The notes under the pieces: generated by a model
The model's database searches: none
What the model was told of the DNA's origin: nothing
What the model saw: only the letters and a program-made list of their open reading frames with translations
Made by a program: the position numbers and the translations under genes
NCBI GenBank assembly: GCA_023419515.1
Contig: JAEZXW010000028.1
Span: 6,411-70,410, forward strand
From: Actinomycetes bacterium
GTDB taxonomy: Bacteria; Actinomycetota; Coriobacteriia; Coriobacteriales; JAEZXW01
DNA: 64,000 nucleotides
Reading direction: 5' to 3'
In this document: positions 16,610 to 26,076 of the stretch, piece after piece
Layout: every line of letters begins with the position of its first letter
Numbering within the stretch: the stretch's first letter is position 1

Positions 16610-17596
16610 CTACCCGAGTCGCTCCTGACGAGCCTTGCGATACGCCAAGTCTGAGGTAATCATTTCATCGAGTGTCCTTGTTGCCTTCCAGCCTAATACC
16701 TCATAAGCGCGGCTTGGATCAGCGGTCAGCGCTGCGGGGTCACCGTCGCGGCGCGGTCCTTCAACAAACGGAACATCAATGATCTTTTGCGTAGCCTCAA
16801 CCACCTCACGCACCGAATAGCCGGTGCCTGATCCGAGGTTTATCGTGAATGATTCCTTGCCATCAACCAGGTGTTGAGCACCGAGGATGTGAGCCTGGAC
16901 GAGATCGGTGACGTGGATGTAGTCGCGAATGCAGCTGCCATCGGGGGTGGGGTAATCGGTACCAAAGATCGTCATGCTCTCACGGATACCGAGCGCCGCC
17001 TGCAGCGTCACGGGGATGAGGTGTGTGATCTGGTCTTTGTACAGACCAATCTTGAGTGAATCATCGGCACCAGCAACATTAAAGTACCTAAAGATTCCCC
17101 AGGTCATGTCATGAGCGCGACAAACCCAGCGGATCATGTCTTCAGCGGCAAGCTTCGATGCGCCGTAGGGATTGATCGGCTTGCACTCATCGTCTTCATG
17201 GCACACGCCATCAGCCTCGCCATAGACGGCGGCCGTCGAAGAAAAGATGACATGCTTGACGTTGTGCTTCATCATCGTCTCAAGCATAACGCGCACGCCT
17301 TCAACGTTGTTGTGATAGTAGGTCAAAGGCTGGGTAACGCTTTCGGGAACCACGAGCTTCGCCGCAAAGTGCATAACGGCATCGAAGGGTTTCTCGGCAC
17401 ACTCGACGCGAAACACATCATCAAATTGGGCGGGATTTAAGGTATCACCCAGATAAAAGCGGGCGTCAGGGTGGATCATCTCGCGGTAGCCCGTCGAGAG
17501 GTTGTCGTAGATGACGACCTCATGCCCAGCCCTAATGAGCTCAAAGACAGCATGGCTTCCGATGTATCCTGCGCCACCAACAACAAGAACTTTCAT
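16610..17596 (-). CDS. galE: UDP-glucose (or UDP-GlcNAc) 4-epimerase
   Basis: MKVLVVGGAGYIGSH Rossmann fold, YGASKLAAE (YxxxK), and GalE-like sequence over the full length. Confidence 0.9.
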   Translation of the reverse strand: MKVLVVGGAGYIGSHAVFELIRAGHEVVIYDNLSTGYREMIHPDARFYLGDTLNPAQFDDVFRVECAEKPFDAVMHFAAKLVVPESVTQPLTYYHNNVEGVRVMLETMMKHNVKHVIFSSTAAVYGEADGVCHEDDECKPINPYGASKLAAEDMIRWVCRAHDMTWGIFRYFNVAGADDSLKIGLYKDQITHLIPVTLQAALGIRESMTIFGTDYPTPDGSCIRDYIHVTDLVQAHILGAQHLVDGKESFTINLGSGTGYSVREVVEATQKIIDVPFVEGPRRDGDPAALTADPSRAYEVLGWKATRTLDEMITSDLAYRKARQERLG

Positions 17597-17662
17597 GATT
17601 TCCCCTAACCAATCAGCATATGATCTGATTGAGCGTGTGATGAATCGTTTGTACCGCAGCGT

Positions 17663-18772
17663 TTATGCTGAGCTCGTTTTGTAGTATTCCGTGAGCTTTG
17701 TGGTATCGATTGTACTCCTATATACCTGACGAGTGGGGTGATCTTTCACCTTGGCAAGCCACGGCGGCAAAAGCCCCTTGAGGGTACCCAGACCATAGGC
17801 AGTGTGCAGGGCAAAAAAGACAAAAGGCAACAACAAGAAGGTCGCATAGAGTTTTTTGGCACTGAGGGCTGCCGTGATCGTCATGACGATACAGGCGAGC
17901 GCGTAGAGACCAAGCAGTGTAATGAGCATCCACTTGCACCAGAATATGGCAACGATGATCGAGGCGATGAGCGTTAGGACAAAGGCAAAGGGTACGAGGT
18001 GAAAGGTGCTCACACAGCCAGGTTGTGCAAAGAGTGTCTTGCCCATCCAAAAGCCGTTACTAAACTTTTGCTTGATCATGCGGCTGAGGCTTGACCTGAT
18101 GTGCTGGTGCGAGACGATCGCGGGATCAAACCAGATGGTATAGCCATGCTGTCTGATGCGATAGCTCATGTCGTTGTCTTCCGCGCGATGGAGACGCTCG
18201 TCATAGATGCCGACGGTATCGTAGACACTCATGCGATAGAGCCCGTGAAATACTGAGTCAACTGCGTGTTCCTTGAGGCTATTGCTACTGCGCCGATAGG
18301 CTGCAATTGAGCTGCCAAAGAGGGATTCTTCAGCTGCGTGCAGCATGGCACTAAAGGCGGATTTATCCTTGGTAAAGGTAGGGCGCATGCCGCCGACTGC
18401 ATCGTGGCCGCGCTCTATCGCCGCGACTGATTTCTCAATAAAGTCGGCATCGAGGGTCGCGTGAGCATCGACTCGCACAAAAAGCTCGCCTTCGGCAAGC
18501 GCGAGCGATTTGTTGACACCTTGGGGGACTGGTCGCTCGTTGTTATCGAGAATGGCGATACGATGATATTCGTGCTGATGAGCACGGGCAAACTCATGCA
18601 TGAGCTCGAGGGTGCGGTCGGTCGATGCGTTATCGACCATCACAAGCTCAATGCGTTCCTTTGGGTAGGTTTGTGCGAGGATGGTCGCAAAGCAGTCGTC
18701 GAGGTGGCGCTCCTCGTTGTAGGCGACGAGAGCAAGGGTGATGTATGCCGATTGGCGTGCGGAAGTATTCAT
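17663..18772 (-). CDS. Family 2 glycosyltransferase with C-terminal TM helices
   Basis: ITLALVAYNEERHLDDCFATILAQTYP..VMVDNASTDRT, plus AEDNDMSYRIRQHGY. There are 3-4 C-terminal TM helices. Confidence 0.8.
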   Translation of the reverse strand: MNTSARQSAYITLALVAYNEERHLDDCFATILAQTYPKERIELVMVDNASTDRTLELMHEFARAHQHEYHRIAILDNNERPVPQGVNKSLALAEGELFVRVDAHATLDADFIEKSVAAIERGHDAVGGMRPTFTKDKSAFSAMLHAAEESLFGSSIAAYRRSSNSLKEHAVDSVFHGLYRMSVYDTVGIYDERLHRAEDNDMSYRIRQHGYTIWFDPAIVSHQHIRSSLSRMIKQKFSNGFWMGKTLFAQPGCVSTFHLVPFAFVLTLIASIIVAIFWCKWMLITLLGLYALACIVMTITAALSAKKLYATFLLLPFVFFALHTAYGLGTLKGLLPPWLAKVKDHPTRQVYRSTIDTTKLTEYYKTSSA

Positions 18773-19461
18773 CGGTTGACCTCGGATGATGGGGATTGCG
18801 TCCCGGGGATGGCGGAGCTGACCTCAGAGCCAAGCTCACTTGATGCGGTGTGAGCCACGGTTGGCTCTTCGACCTCGTTGACGTAGATGTCCTTGCGCAG
18901 CAAGACCACTAAAAACGTCCTCAAAAAGACCTTGAGATCCATCAAAAAGCTGAGGTGGTCGACGTAGTAGATATCGAGCTTGAGCCGCTCTTTCCAAGGA
19001 ATCGCGTTACGCCCGTAAACCTGGGCATACCCAGTTATACCTGGCTTGACCTCGAGTTTGCGAGCCTCGTCTCCCTCATACAGCGTTGCCTCGATTAAGT
19101 CGTCGGGGCGTGGGCCGATGATGCTCATCGTGCCGTTGAGGACGTTGATAAGCTGCGGCAGTTCGTCGAGGGAGGTCGCGCGCAGGATCTTGCCCACGCG
19201 AGTTTGGCGTGGATCATCCTTTGAGTTGAAGGTCGATCCGTCACTCGTGCGCAAGTCAGGCGCATTCACCTTCATCGAGCGAAACTTGAACATCTTAAAT
19301 GGCTGGTGATCTTTGCCCATGCGATCAGCGTTGTAAAACACCGGTCCGTGATCATCGAGCTTGATGGCAAGGGCGCAAATCAGCATGACCGGCAGAGTGA
19401 TGGGCAGGCTGATAAGCACAAGCAGGATGTCAAAGATTCGCTTGATGACGTGCTGGTACAT
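18769..19461 (-). CDS. Small monotopic polyprenyl-phosphate sugar-phosphate transferase (PglC/WbaP C-domain type), the initiating enzyme
   Basis: KRIFDILLVLISLPITLPV..LDDHGPVFY..FKMFKFRSM..DELPQLINVLNGTMSIIGPRP. It overlaps the downstream GT2 gene by 4 nt. Confidence 0.85.
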   Translation of the reverse strand: MYQHVIKRIFDILLVLISLPITLPVMLICALAIKLDDHGPVFYNADRMGKDHQPFKMFKFRSMKVNAPDLRTSDGSTFNSKDDPRQTRVGKILRATSLDELPQLINVLNGTMSIIGPRPDDLIEATLYEGDEARKLEVKPGITGYAQVYGRNAIPWKERLKLDIYYVDHLSFLMDLKVFLRTFLVVLLRKDIYVNEVEEPTVAHTASSELGSEVSSAIPGTQSPSSEVNR

Positions 19462-19488
19462 AACCGTCCTTGGTTGCTTGCTTGGATT

Positions 19489-20727
19489 TTATCGAGGTGC
19501 GAGCGCTAAAGTCTGCTCGATGATGTAGTCGATCTGATCATCGGTGAGCAGTGAATAGAGCGGCAGGGTTACTTCGTTTTGATACTGGTTAAACGCATTC
19601 GGGTAGTCCTCGATGCGATAGCCGAGTTTTTTATATGCCGTAAAGCACGGCAGCGGTTTGTAGTGTACATTGGTTGAGATGCCAGCCCCTGCCATCTGCT
19701 CAATGAACTTATTGCGTCCAGCCTCGTCGGTTTTAAGCAGGCGCAGCAGGTAGAGATGACCCGATGAGATGTTGTGCTCATCATAGTGGTTGAGATAAGC
19801 AAAGCGCTCATCATCGGCAAACGCCTCGTTGTAGCGTTCGATGATTGTCCTGCGACGGTCGAGCATCTTGGCATAGCGGGGCATTTGAGCAACGCCAAGA
19901 GCTGCGGCAATGTCGGGCATGTTGCACTTGTAGCCGAGGATTTCGATGTCATATTCCCAGGCACCGGGCTTGGTTTTGGCAAGCGCATCTTTGCTCTGAC
20001 CATGCAGTTGCCAGAGCATGAGCTGGCGATAGATCTCGTCATGCGACATAAGCCCCGACAAAAAGTCATCGCGCCAGGTGATCGCTCCGCCCTCAGCCGT
20101 CGTGAAGTTTTTTACCGCGTGGAATGAGAACGAGGAGATGTCAGCGATATTACCTGCCATCACGCCGTTTTGCGAACCACCAAAGGAGTGAGCAGTGTCT
20201 CCCAAGACAAGCGGTCGACCCAATGCCTCTTGGCGCTCGTTGGCGGGGTTAAAGCCAGCGCGCTCAACACCTGCCTTGATCGCAGCAAAGAGCTTGCTGT
20301 AATCGATGCAACGACCGCCGAGGTCGACTGGGATGATCGCCTTGGTCTGCGGAGTGATCGCACGCTCAAGCGCCTCGTAATCCATTTCAAAGCCACCATC
20401 TTGGGTGTCGATCAACACGGGTCGGGCGCCGACGTGCGCGGCAACCGAAGCTGATGCCGTATAGGTATAAGCACAGGTCAAGACCTCATCTTTATGGCGC
20501 AAGCCCATGAAGCGCAAGACGTTTTCCATACCGGTGGTGTTGGAGGAAAAAGTGACTGCCTGAGGTGTTTGGCAAAGCTCAGCGATGAGGCGCTCAAGCT
20601 CTTTGGTCTTGGGACCTGTGGTGATCCACCCCGACTGTAGCGCCTCGACAACCTGGTCGATTTCTGCCTGCGTGATGTCGGGAGGAGAAAACGGGATGTT
20701 CATTTTTGGCTGAGGTGAGGTGCTCAC
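19489..20727 (-). CDS. DegT/DnrJ/EryC1-family PLP sugar aminotransferase
   Basis: FSPPDITQAEIDQVVEALQSGWITTGPK and SFHAVKNFTTAEGG (PLP Lys). I propose the start at GTG 20727, which has GGAGG 5 nt upstream and overlaps the tarJ stop (GTGA). The ORF is open to 20739. Confidence 0.85.
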   Translation of the reverse strand: MSTSPQPKMNIPFSPPDITQAEIDQVVEALQSGWITTGPKTKELERLIAELCQTPQAVTFSSNTTGMENVLRFMGLRHKDEVLTCAYTYTASASVAAHVGARPVLIDTQDGGFEMDYEALERAITPQTKAIIPVDLGGRCIDYSKLFAAIKAGVERAGFNPANERQEALGRPLVLGDTAHSFGGSQNGVMAGNIADISSFSFHAVKNFTTAEGGAITWRDDFLSGLMSHDEIYRQLMLWQLHGQSKDALAKTKPGAWEYDIEILGYKCNMPDIAAALGVAQMPRYAKMLDRRRTIIERYNEAFADDERFAYLNHYDEHNISSGHLYLLRLLKTDEAGRNKFIEQMAGAGISTNVHYKPLPCFTAYKKLGYRIEDYPNAFNQYQNEVTLPLYSLLTDDQIDYIIEQTLALAPR

Positions 20728-21737
20728 GAAAGCCTCCATTCAAAGACAGTCTTAAACGGTGTTTCGAGGTCTTGTAAAAATGCGCGCGAAATATCGTCGA
20801 TGGCGCGAACAGGCTCAACGAGGTTCACGATCTTGTTGAGTCGCTCAGCGAGATTAGTGGTGCGATAGAGGCGCGCGACCTCTTCAAAGTCGGCACGGCC
20901 ACTCCTCGATGATCCAATGAGCGTCAAGCCCTTCTCGAGTACCATACGGGTGTTGATTGCGACCGGATATTCGGAGACACCCATGAGAACAATGCTTCCC
21001 TGCGGCATGATGGTGTCGATGATCTGGTCAATGGCATAGCGCGAACCCTCGCCGCCCGTGCACTCAAAGCAGTGGTCAAACTGGGGAGTGGCAGTGAGCT
21101 TGTCGGTGAGGCAGGTGTGGTCTGCCATCGTAAAGAAGGCGAGTTTTTCGAGGTGGCGTCCAACAATCGTGATCTCAATATCGCTGATGAGTGCTCGTAG
21201 GGTGCTCGCGAGGATATAGCTCAAATTACCATCACCCCAGATGGCAACGTGACCACGGTGGCGATGCGCCGTATTTTGCCAGCGGGTGATGGCGTGAATG
21301 GCAACCGATGCCATTTCGGTAAAGGCGAGTGCCGGTCCTTGGTCGGGCACGGCGACCACGCGGTCAGGGCTCAAATCAACGAGCTCACGAGTAAAGCCAT
21401 CGAGACCCGAGGATAAAAACCCACTGCCGGTCTGGTAGTTCTCAAAGATGTCTTCCTTGGGCTCACCAGGGCAGTTGGGCACCATAGCAACAAAATCGCC
21501 GGGCTTAAAAGTCTCAGTTGGGTCATGCACCACATAGCCAGCCGCTTCGTGAATGATGCACATGGGGAGTTTCTTCTTGAGCACCGACTCAGGCCTCAAT
21601 CCCCTAAAGTAGCGTTGATCTGCGTGGCAGATTGACATGCGATCAGGGCGGATAATGACCGATGAGCTCATATCGAGCTCCTTAAAGTCAACGCTGATCG
21701 TGCCCGGTGCCTTGAGACGATAGAGGGTGCTGATCAT
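20724..21737 (-). CDS. tarJ: Ribitol-5-phosphate 2-dehydrogenase-like (TarJ-type) Zn alcohol dehydrogenase
   Basis: The N-terminus LYRLKAPGT..VIIRPDRMSICHADQRYFRG..LPMCIIHEAAGYVV matches the TarJ pattern. It overlaps the tarI homolog by 4 nt. Confidence 0.75.
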   Translation of the reverse strand: MISTLYRLKAPGTISVDFKELDMSSSVIIRPDRMSICHADQRYFRGLRPESVLKKKLPMCIIHEAAGYVVHDPTETFKPGDFVAMVPNCPGEPKEDIFENYQTGSGFLSSGLDGFTRELVDLSPDRVVAVPDQGPALAFTEMASVAIHAITRWQNTAHRHRGHVAIWGDGNLSYILASTLRALISDIEITIVGRHLEKLAFFTMADHTCLTDKLTATPQFDHCFECTGGEGSRYAIDQIIDTIMPQGSIVLMGVSEYPVAINTRMVLEKGLTLIGSSRSGRADFEEVARLYRTTNLAERLNKIVNLVEPVRAIDDISRAFLQDLETPFKTVFEWRLS

Positions 21738-22522
21738 AACTGATCCTTTTGGGAGCCTGCGTCGATCTTATCAAGCCTGCCGATTAAGGCCTGGGCGATG
21801 CGATAGTCCATCTCGGTAGTGAGCTTGATGTTGGTGGCATCTCCTTCGACGATCTTGACAGGCATGCCTCTGAGCACGAATGCCTTGCAGGCGTCGGTGA
21901 GTGAGTGAGCTTCCTCTTCGCTCAAGCCTGCATATGCAGCGATCAGCTGCTTGAGCTGAAATGATTGAGGGGTCTGTCCCTGATACATCTCAGTGCGAGG
22001 GGGGATGTCGCTGATGATTTCGCCGTCTTGCGCGGCAACGATGGTGTCAGTCGCAGGGATAACGGTGTCACAGGCGCCAAAGTTGCGCGCAGCCTCGATG
22101 TTGTCCCTGATCACGCGGCTGCTCACGAAGGGGCGCACCGAATCATGCGTGAGGATGATGACGTCATCGCCAATCTTGCCCTCAAGTGCCTCCAGGGTGG
22201 CGCTGTTTTTATCGGCAAGTTCAATATTCTCGAATTTAAGCACAGCGTCGATGATTGCCTTGATGGTATCGGTACGATCCTCGCCACCAGCAACAACATG
22301 AACGCGATCTGCGCAGCGATGCTGAGCCAAGACCTCTTGCGCATGACCGATCCAATTGGGGTGGACACCAAGGATGACTTGATCGATCTCGGGCACCATC
22401 AAAAACTTTTGAACGGTGTGAACAAAAACAGGAGCATCGCCGAGCATTAAAAATTGCTTTGGCAGGTTGCCCACCTTCATGCGAGAACCAACGCCGCCAG
22501 CAAGAATTGCTGCGTAAATCAC
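21734..22522 (-). CDS. tarI: IspD/TarI-family cytidylyltransferase (ribitol-5-phosphate cytidylyltransferase-like)
   Basis: MIYAAILAGGVGSRMKVGNLPKQFL, plus pairing with the TarJ-like dehydrogenase. Confidence 0.8.
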   Translation of the reverse strand: MIYAAILAGGVGSRMKVGNLPKQFLMLGDAPVFVHTVQKFLMVPEIDQVILGVHPNWIGHAQEVLAQHRCADRVHVVAGGEDRTDTIKAIIDAVLKFENIELADKNSATLEALEGKIGDDVIILTHDSVRPFVSSRVIRDNIEAARNFGACDTVIPATDTIVAAQDGEIISDIPPRTEMYQGQTPQSFQLKQLIAAYAGLSEEEAHSLTDACKAFVLRGMPVKIVEGDATNIKLTTEMDYRIAQALIGRLDKIDAGSQKDQL

Positions 22523-22759
22523 TACAACTCCTTATCGCTTGTTAATAGGGTCTTTAAGGATAGCGCGTATTAAATTTTCATGTGGTCAAAGATGATAAAG
22601 TTACATAATCCAAGCAGCCCTTTACGGTATCGCACGTGAGAAACGCGGCAGCTGAATGATGGCATACGTGGTGCAGGGCACTTGTGGACAAGGGGTGTTT
22701 GTGTGCGGAGCCTTTGCGCGGGTATGGTGCGTGGATGTAAGACGAGAAAGACGGATGAC

Positions 22760-23578
22760 ATGGGCAGGGATGGCATGGGTAATCACAAGGGATTTGTTCG
22801 AGAGATCAAAGACGGGCTGCGCTCTTGCCCGGTGACTCGACGTGCCTATGAATGGCTTTATGGAATCAAGCAAGCGCAGCAAGACAAGCGTGATCAAGCA
22901 CATCTGCATGCTCATGGCGAGCAAACCGTGGCTGCCTTTTGCGAGCTCTGTCAAGGGGGCGGTTTTGAGGTCTTTGCGGTCTATGGCACCCTGCTCGGAG
23001 CGGTGCGCGAAGGTGGTATCATCGGCCATGACCTCGACGTTGATCTCGGTATTCGTGAGGATGAGCAGGGTTCTCAGCTCGCAGGTTTGGCGCACTACCT
23101 CGTTGACGAAGCTGGCCTTACGTTTGAGCGTGGGTTTGTCGTAGATGGCGCGCTGCTCGAGGCCCGCTTTTTGTTCGACGACATCGGTATTGATGTCTTT
23201 GCCCTGGTATCGCCCGAGGACTATGAGTTTCCTGCGCCACCGGATCATCTGCCTGATGAGTGTCTCGCAATATGTTGGTTTGAGGTTGATGACGAGCGCT
23301 TCGGTTTTCACTCACCGTGTCGAACGACTTACGTCGATTATTTTGATGCGCAGTGGTTTGCTTCGATGCAGCCAACCGTCTTTGGCGATGGTCATGAGGT
23401 TGTTATTCCAGCAGGCTACCAGGGATTTCTCGAGAGCTTATATGGGTCAAGCTGGAGAGTTCCTGATCCGTGCTGGAATCCACACGAGTCAATGATAACC
23501 CGCAGAAGCGAGCGGTTCTGCCGTGTGATTACGAGCCTTGATGAGCTTGGATCTGCGGGCGCTTGCGATAAATCATAA
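22760..23578 (+). CDS. Divergent LicD/fukutin-family nucleotidyltransferase-fold phosphotransferase
   Basis: FAVYGTLLGAVREGGIIGHDLDVDLGI aligns with the LicD core GxLLGAVRHxGFIPWDDDIDV. The start is uncertain (ATG at 22760 or 22775; ORF open from 22682). The 3' end overlaps the wzx 3' end by 50 nt, in convergent orientation. Confidence 0.55.
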   Translation: MGRDGMGNHKGFVREIKDGLRSCPVTRRAYEWLYGIKQAQQDKRDQAHLHAHGEQTVAAFCELCQGGGFEVFAVYGTLLGAVREGGIIGHDLDVDLGIREDEQGSQLAGLAHYLVDEAGLTFERGFVVDGALLEARFLFDDIGIDVFALVSPEDYEFPAPPDHLPDECLAICWFEVDDERFGFHSPCRTTYVDYFDAQWFASMQPTVFGDGHEVVIPAGYQGFLESLYGSSWRVPDPCWNPHESMITRRSERFCRVITSLDELGSAGACDKS

Positions 23579-24848
23579 ACGCAATGATTCGATAGACAAG
23601 ACAGACATATTCCGAGACAATCGTCGTAATGACCACGGTTGTCACGGTAAAGTTTCCGCTGATAAAAAACGTTGCCAGCAAAATTGCATGCACGGCTGCT
23701 CCCACGAGTACCGAGCGATTGACCGCATTGGAGCCACCGAGCGGAGCAAGCGCCGGATATCCAAAAAGGTAGGTTGGCAGGGTTACCGCCACAATTGGCA
23801 TCATAAGAGCGAGGATAGGGCCTGCCGCCTCAAAACGATCGCCCAAAAACCACGTACAGAGCGGAGTCGCAAAGATCGCTACCACGCTGCATCCCACAAT
23901 GATGATGGGCATGGCGATGATCAGGACTTTCTTCATAAATCGGTAGTCCTTATTCTTGACCATGTAGGGGTAGAGGCTATCGGCAATGGGACTAAACACC
24001 TGGCACATGACTCCCAGGATCTTATCAGCTGAGGTATAGGCGCCAAGAGCAAGTGAGGCGGGTGGATAGATAAAGCCAAGTAAGAAGGTGTTGGTGTTGC
24101 TTGTCACCGTGGTGGCGATGCGCGAGATAAAGAAGAAGGCAGATTCTTTCATGGTTTGAAAGCAGTAGGCAAGACTCGGAAAAACCAGCCGGTAACGCAG
24201 CTTTTTGACCATGTGCCAGTAGACAAAGCCGACCGCACCGAGGCCGCCCACGAGATTCAGCGTCGGGACAACCCAGTAGTCTTGCTCGGTACGTAAAAAG
24301 ATAAAGATGCAGACGGTGAAAAATGCCTTGATGGCGACCGATCGATAGGTGATGACCTGCATTTCTTCGATGCCGCGATAAAAGAAGTCGAGCATAAAGC
24401 TCGGGACGATGGCAGCGGCATAACAGAGCAGGTAAAACCATGGATCAGAGCTCATCTTATCCCAGCCAAAGGCAAGGGCAGCAACAATACCGAGGCCAGC
24501 CAGAGCAAAGATGAGCTTGTTGATGGTGACGGCGCCGACGATTTTTTCAATCTCATGGCGGTCGTCCTGAAGACGCGCGATTTTCTCGGTTGCACTCAAG
24601 AGGTAGCCAAACTCAATGACGAGCGAAAAATACGCCATGGTCGCCATTGCCCAGCCGAGCTTACCGTAGAGCTCTGGCCCTAAGACACGGGTTTGATACG
24701 GCACGGTGATGAGCGCAAAAAAGTAGCCAGAAAACACCAAAAGGTACAGGAAAAAGGTGTTTTTAAGCATGCGTAGTCGCTGGGGGTCAAGCGAGGTTTT
24801 ATCAGCGATTTTATTGATCAGCTGCCTGAATGATCGTGTTATTTTCAA
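23529..24848 (-). CDS. wzx: Wzx-type (MOP superfamily) polysaccharide flippase
   Basis: About 12 TM helices. N-terminus: LKNTFFLYLLVFSGYFFALITVPYQTRVLGPELYGKLGWAMA. Confidence 0.75.
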   Translation of the reverse strand: MKITRSFRQLINKIADKTSLDPQRLRMLKNTFFLYLLVFSGYFFALITVPYQTRVLGPELYGKLGWAMATMAYFSLVIEFGYLLSATEKIARLQDDRHEIEKIVGAVTINKLIFALAGLGIVAALAFGWDKMSSDPWFYLLCYAAAIVPSFMLDFFYRGIEEMQVITYRSVAIKAFFTVCIFIFLRTEQDYWVVPTLNLVGGLGAVGFVYWHMVKKLRYRLVFPSLAYCFQTMKESAFFFISRIATTVTSNTNTFLLGFIYPPASLALGAYTSADKILGVMCQVFSPIADSLYPYMVKNKDYRFMKKVLIIAMPIIIVGCSVVAIFATPLCTWFLGDRFEAAGPILALMMPIVAVTLPTYLFGYPALAPLGGSNAVNRSVLVGAAVHAILLATFFISGNFTVTTVVITTIVSEYVCLVYRIIAFMIYRKRPQIQAHQGS

Positions 24849-24961
24849 AGGAGGCTATCCTGCAATCGTGCGTGCATCAAAACAAGCGCTATCCTATCTG
24901 TTTCAGAGGACGTTGTGTTCTTGCAGCACCATTTTAATAGAAGTTTCTCAAGGGGGACTTT

Positions 24962-26062
24962 GTGCGCATCAGTGTCATCGTGCCATATTTTAATGTTGAG
25001 CGATACGTACGCTGTTGCCTTGAGTCGCTTTGCGCGCAGCAAGGTTTGTCAGGCGTTGAGCTCGAGGTGATCCTCGTCAATGATGGCTCGACCGATGGCT
25101 CTCGCGATATCGTGCATCGGTTTGTTGATGAAGTGAGCGCCGATGAGATGAGCAGGGCGCCTATCTCGGCGTCGTCTGTCTCCACGCCATCTGTTCCAAC
25201 GCTTTCGTTTCTCCATCATGACCAGGCAAATGCAGGGCTTTCGGTCGCCCGCAACAACGGGCTTGCCAGGGCAACGGGCGACTACTTTTTCTTTCTCGAT
25301 AGTGATGATGTCTTGCATCCGCAGTGTTTTGCACGGTTTTTACAGGTCGCAGCCGAGCATCCAGATGCGCTTCTTGTTTGCCAGCTCCAAGACTTTGATG
25401 CCGCTTTTGATCAGCCAACATTTGAGCGTCTTGTCGATAAGGTAAGTTCGATCTATCGTACCCAAGATGAAGCAATTGCCGAGCTCTATGAGCGTGAAAC
25501 CCTCGTGCCGATGACGGTGGCGTGTAGTAAGTTCTATCCCGCGCGTTATCGAGATTGCATTCACTTTGCCCCGGGCAAGCTGCATGAGGATGTTGGTCTT
25601 GCCCTCGATCTGCTGCTTGCCTCACCAGCAGGAATTTATCGCATCGATGAGCCGCTCTACTACTATCGGAGCAATTCTTCATCGATCATGAATACGCCCT
25701 CGGCACGCCATCTCGATGCCGTTGATTTTTATGATCAGCATCTCAAGAGCCTGCTTGCGCATTATGGAGAGAAGGACGAACATCAGGCGAAAGTTCTTGC
25801 GTGTGCCGCGGGGTTTGCAGCGCTCAAGACCTTCATGAACTACGGGGGTCACTTGCTCAAGGTGTATCACGGGCTCGCTCAGCAAGACAAGAATCAGGTT
25901 GATCATGCGCTTGCTGTGACCAAAAACATTGCGGTCTACCTGGATAAAACTCGGCCGGTTGCTTATTCTCGCAAAGATGACCTGTTGCTGACCGCTTTTT
26001 TACGAGCGCCCCAGGTCTCATCGCGGTTGTATGCTGGCCTCCTCGATCTCCTCAAGAAATAG
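24962..26062 (+). CDS. Family 2 glycosyltransferase
   Basis: GTG start with AAGGGGGA upstream. ISVIVPYFNVERYVRCCLESL..VILVNDGSTDGS..FFFLDSDD. Confidence 0.8.
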   Translation: MRISVIVPYFNVERYVRCCLESLCAQQGLSGVELEVILVNDGSTDGSRDIVHRFVDEVSADEMSRAPISASSVSTPSVPTLSFLHHDQANAGLSVARNNGLARATGDYFFFLDSDDVLHPQCFARFLQVAAEHPDALLVCQLQDFDAAFDQPTFERLVDKVSSIYRTQDEAIAELYERETLVPMTVACSKFYPARYRDCIHFAPGKLHEDVGLALDLLLASPAGIYRIDEPLYYYRSNSSSIMNTPSARHLDAVDFYDQHLKSLLAHYGEKDEHQAKVLACAAGFAALKTFMNYGGHLLKVYHGLAQQDKNQVDHALAVTKNIAVYLDKTRPVAYSRKDDLLLTAFLRAPQVSSRLYAGLLDLLKK

Positions 26063-26076
26063 CGTGACGTAGTGGC

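Noticed and set aside
22622-23311. A 229-aa minus-strand ORF overlapping the LicD-like gene.
   Set aside because: It has no recognisable motif, whereas the opposite strand carries the LicD core (GTLLGAVR..DLDVD). It is most likely an antisense shadow ORF, though this is not experimentally excluded.
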